Below, piece after piece: positions 11,996-23,399 of a stretch of DNA of 64,000 bases. Source of the DNA: Camelus dromedarius. Lineage: Eukaryota. The stretch lies in assembly GCF_036321535.1 (NCBI RefSeq), contig NC_087469.1, forward strand, positions 19,282,001-19,346,000, in the 5' to 3' direction. A model generated the notes under the pieces. That model did not search any database, had not been told where the DNA came from, and was given only the letters and a program-made list of their open reading frames with translations. Every line of letters begins with the position of its first letter. The stretch's first letter is position 1. The position numbers and the translations under genes are program-made.

Positions 11996-13249
11996 ACCTC
12001 TGTCTGCATTGTGTCAGTCATCCTCAAACACCCATGTGGATTAAGCACAGTGGCCCAAAGGGCCAGACACTACATATTCAGGAATCGGCTCTCTGAGCTC
12101 GGCCTTAGCCTGTCACGGCTTCAGCCACAGCTTCGACACTGACGACCCTTCCCCGCCTGATCCCGGGGCTCTGCTCCTCCGCACCCAGCACCCTGCACAC
12201 TCTCAGAGAGGATGTCCCCAAATGAGTCACCTTTCCCCACTTCTGGTTTCTTTATGTTTTTTACTATGAAAATGTTCTCCACGTACATAGAAGGAAAGAG
12301 TGAAATTGACATTAATACACCCGCCTGCTTGACTCCCCCGTTTTAAATATACTTTCATCTTAAATGCATCCATTTTCCCACATTTTCATTCTTCTTCCCT
12401 ACATGTTTCTTTATGAGATCAAATAAACCTTTTTCTTATGTAATAAAAACTATTTCCTCCCCAAAACCGTTCCTCCTGCAGCAAGCGGCCAGAAATCCTC
12501 ACTCTTCAGCGCTGGCAAGTTCAGGCCTGCTGTGAGCTCCTCCCACCGTGCCCTCAGTTCACAGCCGCACACGTGCGTACAGGTGCACTTCCCCTGCCAC
12601 GGGCGCAGCCGCGTGGTAGCCACCTGTCTGCTTGCTTCTTGCCCCTTTCCCTCACGGGAGACTGACGGCTTTCTGCGACTCCATCAGCGACCCCAAGGTG
12701 AGCGCTCACACTCTGACCAGACGGGAGTTCTTAACACACAGTGCTGACCGCACAGACCACGCCTGCGAGGAGCATTCCAGGAGCAGACTCTGTTCTGTTT
12801 CACTGAACTAGCAGCCCCTGATGTCTCTACCGACGGTCCACAAAAACGCCTGTGAAGATGCTGGAGAGAAGAGGATGGAAAGGAAAGCAAAACAAGCCCC
12901 TAAAAGCAGACGGACAGGCTTTCCCGCACGGCCAGGCCCCGGGAGTGGCTTCCACGCGGCGCGAGGCTGAGCAGCAGACGTGATGGGACAGCCGGGGAGG
13001 GTGCGGTCTGCTGTGACCTGGGGGACGCACGGGAAACGGGAAGCTGCAGGGGCCCGGGAGCCATAACAACTGAAGACCACGCAAGGCGGCCCGGTGCCCG
13101 CACCACCGGCGTGCTCAGAGAGTGCCACTGTCAGAACGGAAGCAGCGGTGCGCGGGCGGACGCAGAGGGACCTGCTCTCAGATGCAGGCGCCCCCGGGGA
13201 TGTCAGCTCGGACCCCAGGGGCAGCAGATGCCGGAGCCTGGTGTTCACG

Positions 13250-15480
13250 GCTCCAAAACAGAAAGAAGGGTTAGAAATATGAGCATCACTCAAAGGAGAA
13301 TTCGCCTCCACAGAGGCCAAAGAGTACAGTGAGGATAAGTGCATTTCTAAATGAATAGGTGTTTTTAATGAAGGTTTATGCAGAAAAATCAGTTTTTTAA
13401 AAAAGAATATACAAACTGACACAGATAACTTGTTGGCAGTAAATGAGGATAAACAGGCAGAAACACTACTGCGAGGGCCACGGCACTTTAAAACAGGGTC
13501 GACGCCCAAAATAAAGACACAGAGAACACGATCGCACAATTCAAAGGACTGAATTGACAACACGTTCTTCCCCACAGCCAGGGAGGCACCTTGTTTTCAG
13601 GGGACACTGGACCACGAGAAAACTGAGTCTGCCAGATCACAAAGCAGCTGCAATAAACTCTGTGTCAGGAGCGCACGGTGACAGCCTCTGACCACGCTCC
13701 AGGACGAAGAGGAAATCGGAACAAGAATGGAAGCAGATGAAAAGGGAATCAGCGGGACACCAGAAATTACTCTCCTAAAGGAACACAGACTCAGAGACAA
13801 GCCAAAGCGGAAGCCAGTTTTGGGGGACGAAAGACTGAATTCAAAACTTACCAAAATGGTGGGGTACAGATCTTAAATACTTCACTATTAAAAAGACAAT
13901 TTTTAAATTAGGCATCATGCCTTTTGAAAAACTAAGAAACATGGAGAAACTAAAAGTAAGCAGAACTAGAAATGAGAAAGGGCCACGGCAGCAGGTTCAG
14001 AAAACACTTCCTTACGTGTAAGAAAGTGCTCTGTGCAACCCCACAGTCAGGATCTGAAAACGCAGTTGAAACAAGCTACTTACTGCAAAAGCAAGCAGCT
14101 GTTAAGACCCCCTTTAAAAGCAGTGGAACACGGGAACCCGTCAGTAACCGCGGGGAGAGGGCACCCGGTTGTCAGAACGGCTCGGGGGCTTTGAGACCAA
14201 GCGGTTTTTAAGAACAAATGCTGTGAAATATTTTAGAAGCAGGTACTCTCCATACAAATATCTGTGTACGTATCTGTGTACACGTACACACACACACACA
14301 CACACACACACAGAGCTGTCTACCCCAAGCGTGGAGGATAAATTGCTTCCCAAATTATTTCATAAAAATACCGTAATGCGAATTCCAACAAATTACAAAA
14401 GATAGCGCTGAAATGAAAACTGTAGACCAGGGACACGAATACAGATGCAAAGTCCTCTTTAAATATCAGTAAATTAAATTCAATTGTGTGTTTTTAAAAC
14501 CACTCAGGACCACTGGTTCTGTGGTTTAATATTGAGAAATCTGTTAATCAGACCAAAAGGTAATATTCACTGAACCGATGCAAACAAAAAACACGCGACG
14601 AGATCCTCAGCGCTTCCGTATTTTTTCTAAAGAGTTTTCAGTAAAATGGGTACAGATATTTCCCCACCATGATAGCAGGTGCCCCACGGCCACCGCACTG
14701 AGGAGCGGGCAGGGAGAGAAAGGGCAGTTACCCCTGCAATTCCGTGCACCCTCGTGGAGCCCGGCCAAGGCGCTGCAGCCCGAGACGAAACCGTCACCAC
14801 GTCCACTTAGAAAACCCAAGGCGGCGGAACGTGGAGGAGCCGGCCCCACGGTCAGGTGCGGAAGGCGCGTCAGTGTCAAAGCTGCGGCCGAAGCCGCGAC
14901 GGCTGCGCAGCCTTGTCAGATACAGTTTCTTTTAAATCTACCTGAAAATAACCTGTTAAAATATATAATGGAAACAGTTATCAACAACAGAAGCATACTG
15001 GAAGGAAAAAACAGTAAAACATAAAGGAATCAGTTAAAGGAGAAATACATGGAACTATAAAGAAACACAGACCTGTAGAACTTTGACGACAGAAAGCCGA
15101 CTTGAATAAATGGGAAAACATACCACGATCCCAGAAAGGAAGAGTGAAAACCATAAAGGCATTTTTTTCCAAACAAATGCCTACATATTATGAAATATTA
15201 ATTTCCATCTATTATGAAATCCTAATTAAAAGCTCAACTTGATTTTTTTTATAGCATGACAGAGTACTTTTAAAATTAAGCTGGTATAAAAGCTAAGAAA
15301 AACCAAGAGAATTTTGTAAAAGAATAATAATAAAGAAGGCTCTCCTCCCCAGACACGCACCACATTTGACAAAATCACGATGATTAACTCAGATTCTACT
15401 TGGCTCAGTGATTGAGGACAGACCAGTCAAAGGGATGAGCTTCGCTCAGAATTACTCTGACACACATGAGCACCTACTGG
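13250..15480 (+). mobile_element. Ancient L1 ORF2 remnant (endonuclease to RT region), sense, heavily decayed
   Basis: A-rich collinear L1 ORF2 landmarks: TTTTCAGGGGACACTGGACCACGAG...CCAGATCACAAAGCAG (EN), ACAGATGCAAAGTCCTC (RT), ACTTGAATAAATGGGAAAACATACCACG. Confidence 0.7.
14286..14312. repeat. (AC)13 microsatellite
   Basis: Uninterrupted AC run read directly from the sequence. Confidence 0.95.
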
Positions 15481-15649
15481 ACGTTAAGGGTGACGGGACA
15501 GACACGGAGGGGGGGCGGCGTGGAGGGAGGTGGAATTCTCCAACAGGGTGGGGGAGTCACTGGAAGGTACAAGACTTGAGGATGAAGTGAGGGGCGAGGA
15601 GAGCCTTCCCGGAGGGCACGGAATCTGCGAAGCCTCTGAGGGACGAGTG

Positions 15650-16310
15650 GATGATGTGTTTCAGGAAGAGCCAGCAGACCAAGCCACCCGCCCCCGGAGC
15701 AAACAGGGCAGGGGAGGGGCAGGAATGGGGCCAGGCGGGTCCTGGGGATACAAAGGTCTTCTACGCCACTGTTTAACTTTTACCCCAAGTAAGACAAGAA
15801 GCCACTGGAAGGCACAGAGCAGAGGCAGGACACGGTCTATCATTTTAAAGTGTTCACTCTGGTTGCTTAGTTAAAAACAGACCATGAAGAAACAAGGATG
15901 AAAACGGGACCATCTGTTGAATTACTGCCATAATCCACCCAAGATACAGCGAACAGAAAAGAGTGAGGATGGTAAGGCTGACTTTGGAGGCGGTGGAGCC
16001 AACAGGATACCCTGAAGGGGTGAGAGTGAGGAATGGGAGGGAGGGAGGGTCACCGGGGACCCTCGAGTGGCCTGGGACGGGAAGAGGCGGGTTCCTCTGC
16101 TGCCCTGGGATGACCTCACAGGGCGCAGTTTGGGGAGGGGGCTCAGGAGTCCGCACCAGGCAGAGATGTTGAGAAGCCCGGCACACCTACAGGAGGGAGC
16201 AGGGGAGAGGTCCAGGCTGCACGTCTGGGAGTCAGAATTACGGGGTTTATTCAAAGCCATGTGTCTGGATGAAACCATGAGGGGACTGAGCTGAGGGAAG
16301 TATCCGACCG
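15650..16310 (-). mobile_element. L2 LINE 3' region, antisense, degenerate
   Basis: AAGCCACTGGAAGG...GACTTTGGAGGCGGTGGAGCCAACAGGA...TTCAAAGCCATGTGTCTGGATGAAACC match purine-rich antisense L2 landmarks. Confidence 0.7.
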
Positions 16311-17389
16311 AGATCTGGGGCCTGGCAAGACTGAGAGTCGGGATCACGAGGTGGAACAAGCAAAACGGACGGGGAAGAAGCTGCAGGGAGGGAGGAGGTT
16401 GTGGGGGAGGAAGGGACCGACCCCGCCGCGCACACGGTGATGGCGGGTCACACTGTCTGAGCCCGAAATGGACCGACGGACCTGGAGGCATGGGTCTCAC
16501 TGGTGGTGTGGTAAGAGGTGGTTGGGTGGAAAGACAGGATACAAAGGCCGACTGTGGACAGGCTCAGGGAAAAGCAGACGAGAAGGTGGCGTCTCTCTAG
16601 GACAACCCTGTAAAGAGCAGAAGCTGGAGGAAGCTGGGGGTCCCGGCAGGGTGCAACACTGGGAAGACAAAATTGAAGCAGCTTCACGTCGGTACACGCT
16701 GCAGAAGCCAGTCCAGACGGCTCTAAGGGCTCCATGTGAGGTAACAGACTGTTAAAGCACCTGTAAGACTGTTGTCCTGGAAACGCGGGCGTGCGAATGG
16801 GTCGCGTAAACGCAGCAGACCGAAAGAGGCACACACGAGATCTGTTTGAAGGCAAAAACGCCAGAAATACCACGAGATAAATAAAAAGTCAAACTCTCTG
16901 AGGAACACATGATGCAAACACATCATGTGAAATGACCGCCGTAGCACGTGTCAGGGAGACACGCAGACCGATGCCTTTCAAGAAAAATCACAGACGCCGA
17001 GAGAAAATCAGCAGAGATCACAGGCAGGAAGAAAAACAGCGGACTTACAGCACACGGTGCAAAGCGTTCAAAATCAACCGTAAATCAGGAATTACCATCA
17101 CAGTAAAACAAGCTTTCAACCATCACAAATCATAATCCGAAGATGTGAAACTCGAAGCCCTTACACTCACTGTTGGCAAGGTTCTGCTGAGGGCGGGCGC
17201 GGTCTCGGGGTTAGAGACAACATCTGACCAGAGAGCAGACGTTTCTATTGGTGCCTTTAGGACGTTCCTGAGTTTTAAACATTAAACATTTTTAAACTTC
17301 TAAAAATGCATCTTAATACACAAATCAGTCAGGCAAATAGGTGGACAAAAGGGCATGTATTTGTAACGCTTAAAATTAGCAAAAAAAGC

Positions 17390-17517
17390 GGGGACGGTAC
17401 AGCTCAGTGGTAGAGCGCGTGCCCAGCATGCATGAGGTCCTGGGTTCGATTCCCAGTGCCTCCAGTAAAATAAATAAATAAACCTAATTACCTCCTCCCC
17501 CCGCAAACAAAACTAAC
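17390..17517 (+). mobile_element. Vic-1-type camelid SINE (tRNA-Ala(AGC)-derived) with TSD
   Basis: GGGGACGGTACAGCTCAGTGGTAGAGCG...GGTTCGATTCCCAGTGCCTCCA head with Pol III A box (~17399-17416) and B box (17443-17453). Tail AAAATAAATAAATAAACCTAATTACCTCCTCCCCCC. TSD AAAATTAGC(C)AAAAAAA at 17372-17387 and 17518-17534. Confidence 0.93.
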
Positions 17518-17651
17518 AAAATTAGCCAAAAAAACTGCATCCATATATAAGGAACTATTTAATTATTATACATGCAAACGAGGACATTGTACAAATATTA
17601 AAGTTCACATTTTCTAGAATTGTTCAACAGGGCATTCAAAAATGGAATGTA

Positions 17652-17885
17652 ACGTGGCGTAGGGTTGGGAACACGGGATCTGGAGTCAGACCACCCAGTT
17701 TTGAATCCTGACTCTGCTCACTGACTGAGGGTCCTTGCGGAAATTACTTAACGTCTTTGGGCCAACGTTTCTTCACCTGCAAATTGGGGAAAATAAAGCC
17801 TCATGGAATCAGTATTAACATTAAGTAAACGGACATTCATGGGGTGCTTAGAACAGCGCCTGGCATATTAGGTGGAGTTTAATTT
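17652..17885 (+). mobile_element. MIR SINE
   Basis: GGATCTGGAGTCAGACCACCCAGTTTTGAATCCTGACTCTGCTCACT...TTACTTAACGTCT...TTCTTCACCTGCAAATTGGGGAAAAT...GTGCTTAGAACAGCGCCTGGCATA. Confidence 0.88.
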
Positions 17886-20800
17886 GAAAATAATATTTAC
17901 ACAGTTCACACAGGGAGGAGAGTATTTTAAAGTACCTGTGGTCCTCTTTGGTCAGAGCACTCATCTCTGCCCTTGTGAAGGCAGCTCAGTTGATCCCACT
18001 TTTCGGGTCTTTCTGTCTCTGGTTTCCGCAGGTCGGGCACAGCGTGTCTGGGGATGCACTTAACCTTATTTATCCTGCTTGCGATTTGCTTTGCTTCCCG
18101 AATCTGAAACTGGAAAAGTCGCCTGCAGTGACGCTTCCCCTCCGACTCCCAGACTGTGCTCAGACGTAGGTCAGACCCGCCCGTGAAGTCGCGTTCACTC
18201 CTCTTTAACATTCTCCAGTCTCACTTCTTCATTTCACATCCTCAGTTGCCAAACTGCTGGTCAGAGAGTGCTGGGGACCCACAGGGAATGCACAGGGACG
18301 GGCGCTGCCGAGTTTTAAATGTTCGCGGGAAGCACCAGTGTCCATGGGAGACCGTGCTAAACACTAGAAGCTGTTCGGGCCTAGACACTGGGTCATTTTT
18401 AAGTTAGGCCTTTCTTTTGATCTAGGGGTGCCGTTAAAAAAAAAAAGCATTGAGACACGAGGGCCATAAACCGAGGGAATTTGGAACGAACGATCTGACT
18501 TTCTTAACATCTATCCTCCAGGTCGCTAATTCTTTCTATCACTGAGACTCATACACTTTCCATCCATTTATGGAAATCTTACTTTCCACTGTGCTTTTCA
18601 TTTTTAGAAAATCTATTTGGTTATTTGAAAACTGTCGCTGGTCCTTTAGTTACACCCTGGCGGTCACTTTGTTACATTTAGCGTAACTACACACGTTTTA
18701 CGCTTACATTCGACAGCGGCGCCTCCCCTGCAGTTTCTGCAGTTCTGTTCTGCACCATTGTCTGCGCTGACTTCTGTTCCCCGGGTTTGTCTCCTCGTGA
18801 GCATGGCGAGCTGCACCTCTCAGAGACCTGTGGAAATGCTGGTGATGTCTGACTCTAAGTACGTTCCTTCGATGCTTGCATTTGCTTCTTCAGACTCTTA
18901 CCAAAATCCTATCTTACAAATTCTGAGAGCCACACGGGACTGGTGACCCGCACGTGGACGCCTGTGAAGGTAGTTTAGTGGTGAAGCTCCGTCCCCGGGG
19001 CCACGCTCTCCCCTCCCCGCCGGAGGCGGCCCCACCCTCTCCACCTACACAGCGGGTCTTGTCGCGTCTTCCCCTTCGAGGGTCTTGCCTTTAGGGCTCG
19101 TGGCCCCAGGACGGAACCCACCACCCCACCCCCCACTTCGCCCCAGTCTCAGGCTTTATCCACGGTCCACACGTCGTCCTTCACATCCAAGCTCCGGGAG
19201 ACACAGGCCCGGGAAGCGCCCCAGAGCGAGACTGGCCTCGGTGCCTCTTCTCCCCGAAGGAGGAAGTTTGCACGGCTTTGTGCTCCTTGAGTTTTCCCTG
19301 CTTTTCAAATCACTGCGCATTTTAACATATTTATTTTAACATATTTTCCCAGGGTTTTAAAATATTCTGTGTTGGGAGAGTTTCTGCGTACGCGGAGTCT
19401 GCTGTGTCACTGAAAGAAGGGAAGCATGTCCTCCACTTCCCGCCATGTGGACGATGGCCCTTGTAACCAGGAGGGATTCACTATTCATCTTCCCCATGTA
19501 AGTCCCCTCACCCCCCACCTCTGCTCACTCTGTTTCCTCCACTGAAAAAGGCTTTGACGCATTTCTAAGTTTTCCCTGTAACTCAAAGTCTGGGGGAAAT
19601 GCCGCCTCTTCCAGGAAGCCTTCTGTGATCTTTCTTGGCGCTCTGATTTTAGAGTCCTATCTGCGCCTTTCCTCTGGGGATTTATTCTCTTCTGGTAGTG
19701 ACCATCTACCTACAGCAGACACTGCTCATTGGTGATTACTGACGTTAACACTTTGACCACATGCAAAGTCTTCAAAGTCTCATCACTGATATTATGTTGC
19801 AATTTTGCCGAGGCCAGAATCTGAATCCAATACTCCAGGGCTAGTGTTCGAAGTGACTCCCAGAGCTCCTGATGGCAGCTGGGGAGGCCCAGGGCATCTG
19901 TCTCCACGCTGACCCACGTTTATCTCCCTACACGTGCTGAAAAGGCGGCAAAACGTTCATTCTCTCCAGGGGGGAGAAAGTTTCTCGTAGGAAAACTGGT
20001 GTCTGCTGTTGGTGGTGAGCAGAGCGAGACAAGGGAGACATCCGATCAAGTGACGGCCGAGGCCAGGAAACATTTTTTTTTAGTAAACTTAAGAGCAAAG
20101 ATTCAGATTCTGCGGTTGTTCAGACTCGAGTGACCCCTCCGCACATTCTGTGTGGAAACTGGCTGAAGAGACTCACGAAACTGTTCCAGCAAGTGCCCTG
20201 GGTGGCTGGGAACGGCCCACGTGAGGGCCACATAGTGGATGGTTTCTCTTAACGGCAAAATTTATTTTAATGGCTTTATAAATTACTTGAGTCATTTATT
20301 TATAGAATCATTGAGAGTCCAAAAGGGTCACTTAAATTTTTCAGTTATATTTTATTGCGTTTTATGTAGGAAATTATATGCTGTAGTTAAGATTTGTGAA
20401 CATGGGGATTCCTGAAGGTCTCAGGGCGTATCCCTTGTGAGTGTCCAGTTTTTTGTGAATGTTGATTATGTCCTGGGAGGCACTGAACGCCTCTCCCTTG
20501 CTTCTCCTAACAGAGCTTTTCCCAGAGTAACGAGGCACCAGTATTTGTTGAAAGAAGGAAAGAAGGGACAAAAGGAAGAACATAAGGAAGTGCTCCTGCT
20601 CTTTTCTGCCGCTTGTCCTCGTCCTTCTGAGCTTCTGAGGTGGTTTTACTGAAGTGAAGTCGGGGGGTAAGCGGTGGCTAGGAAGTCCTCCTTCAGTGTC
20701 CATTTGTGCAATTGTAACAAATAAATAACACCCTCATTCATTATTAATAGGCTTTCTAGCCATCAAAAAAGTGGATTCCAGTTTCCAGTGAATAATTCCA

Positions 20801-23399
20801 CTGGCAATTATTTGCCGTTTAAATAAAAGAGAAGGCATTTCACGTGGACGATACAAACAGCAGATAATTAAAATAAAGTAAGTGATTTCCATAAATAATG
20901 AAGATGGGAAATTATCTCTGACTGGGCCGGCAAAGCTCAATTTCCACTTCATCCCCCGTGAAGAGGACTAACCACGTCCACGGGCGCCCCCGCCCTCCGG
21001 GGGGGCGTTCTGGGCCCCACAGCTCTGCTCACACCAAGTGGAGGGGGCTCGTTTCAGCCGCTCGCCTCGGAAAGCAGGGCACTGGGCCCGTGTGGCTCCT
21101 TGCAGAGACCCCCATGACGGGCTGCAAAGAACCCCCCCCCCACGCTCCCTGCGCAGACACACACACACGAGCCCCACCGAGGGCTCTCACGACGCCTGAT
21201 GGAGAGCTGAGCTGTAGATGGCTTTCTGAACCAGGAATGAACTGTTCGTTTCCTAAAATAAAAAAAGCTAATACATCTGTTGCAACAATAGAACAACGAA
21301 GCGGTGCATTTCTTCTCCCGTCATTTTCAGAGAGAAACAGCACAGAGACGAGGAGCACGTCGAGAGGGCGGTGGCCGTGGGGGAAGCCAGGTGACACATC
21401 CGGAGCCTCCACCGGGCTTACCTCTGACTTGGCACAGGGCAGGTGGAAGGCAGGCCACAGGGCGGGGTCGCGTGGAGCCCCCAACCCTGAGGGAAGGCTG
21501 GCCACGCAGTGCAGTGAACGTCACAGTTCCCGTGTCCAGTGAGCGGACACTTTGCCTGCTCACCTCTCCCTGGAAGGTAAGTTTCCTCAGGATCTAAATG
21601 TTCTCATCCACAAAGCTCACAAATGTCATCGCAAGGCCACCATCTGAGTGAGAGTCCCCACACTCACGTGGCACACGGTGCGTCCAGTAGCAAGGAACAG
21701 TGTGAAAACGGAGGAACATAAAGTCAGAGAAACAGAGAGAGATGGGCCCTGGCCTGGTCCACCACTCGCTACCTGTGGCGCCTCGACAAGTTACTAAGGC
21801 CGTCAGGGCCCCTTCAAGTGTGAAGCGAGGTGACAACAGCCTGGCCGCCACAGCGCGTCTGAGAAGCAAGCAGGGCACGTGCCGTGAGAGCCCTCTCGCC
21901 TGCCTGCAGAGTCCTGGGTCCTGCCCCTCGGTGGCGCCAGCCGTGGGCTCATTTACACACGCTCTCGGCTCCATCTCCCTTCATCCAAGTCTGACGACCG
22001 CTCGCGTTCTTAGCACAGCTGTCTCGTTTCCGCGATGCCCCATTTCTCTGACAGCAAGTCAGCATTTATTTACAGTTAGAGGCCATGCTGCCCAACGACC
22101 AGGGCCCAGATGGCGGTAAGTGGTGCGTCAGGGGAGCCTCGCGCCGTCATCAGACAGAAGCGCTGAACAACGGGGTCTGCACCGCAGACAGATGCCGCCA
22201 TCGGCCCATCCACAGAGGCCCTGCTGAGCCGGAGAGCAGAGCGCCTTCCGCCGCCGCCCACTGCCTGCACACCCTTTCAGGAGCTTCCTGGGTAGTCAGC
22301 GGCCCCACCGGGTCCACAGGGTAAACAAGCTGCGGGTCCGTCCATAGAGACCCCCCGGGGACAACCGACGCCCGCCAGACCCTGCCTTCGGGCCCTGTCT
22401 CACCTCCCCCGGCGGCTCCTCCCTTAGCCTTCCCCCAGACATCCGGGGTGACCAGAGCAGAGCACCTGACTCTTGCGGAGCGACCACGCGCTCTGGCCCC
22501 GCTGCTACGCGCTCCTGCCTGCAACGCTCCGCCCCCCCGCCCAGGACTGCTCAGGCCACTCCCTTCTCCGACTGCAAACTGCGACTTCTCGCAGCAGCAG
22601 CTCAACGCCGCCGTGTCCACGCTGGTCCCCCCACCCCTTCCCCAGGGGACGGTCCTGTCACTCTGTCACCTTTTTTCCCATGACTCTTTCCGCACTATGA
22701 GGCATTTTTCAAGGAGCACACTAACGGGGGGCTGGCATTGAAGGAAAAGGTTCACGGTGTGACATCTGCCCCCAGCCCCACACTCCACCCACAACGGGCA
22801 CACGCGAACGTCAGCGAGTGGGAAACGGAAGACACTCTGCCTCAGGCCAGGACACCGAGTCCCTGCTCCTCAGGGGAAGGCCGCCTCAGACAGACAGCAC
22901 GGAGGCTCGGCTGGGAAGGCGAGTCTGAGCCACGCGGGCCCTTTACCCATCCCACATCCTGTGAGGCGACAGGAAGACACGTAGGGGGAGAAGGAGGAAG
23001 CCGGTGAGAGCCCTGAAGAACAGGGCTTGCACCAGTGAGCCAGAAGTGTCCGTGGTCCTCTGAACAGCACAAAGCTGGGATCAGAGCTGTGAAAAACAGG
23101 TGACACCAGGGAGACGGGTCCGAATTACATTCCTCTCAAAGCTAAGGCTTGTGGATGGAGAAGCCCAAGGAGTCCCGAGCACAGAGCTTATAGAAAAAGC
23201 GCACAGCGGGGGACTCGAGGCTGTGCTCAGAGTCACGCAGGCTGCCGGCCCCGCGTTTGTGTGAGCACTGAGCCGAAGAGACACCAAGAAGTTAAGACCT
23301 TGGGGGTGGTTTCTCCCAGGACGGAAGATCCCTGCGCCCAGAGCCAAACCCCAGCGGGCACGTCACGCTCAGCATCGTAACGGGAGCCTCACGACCTGG

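Noticed and set aside
12808-13575. 255-aa minus-strand ORF
   Set aside because: Its right part is antisense to a decayed L1 ORF2; no domain recognised.
17390-17464. tRNA-Ala(AGC) gene
   Set aside because: Extra 5' bases disrupt the acceptor stem, and it carries the Vic-1 AT-rich tail and a TSD with no adjacent T-run terminator; it is a SINE.
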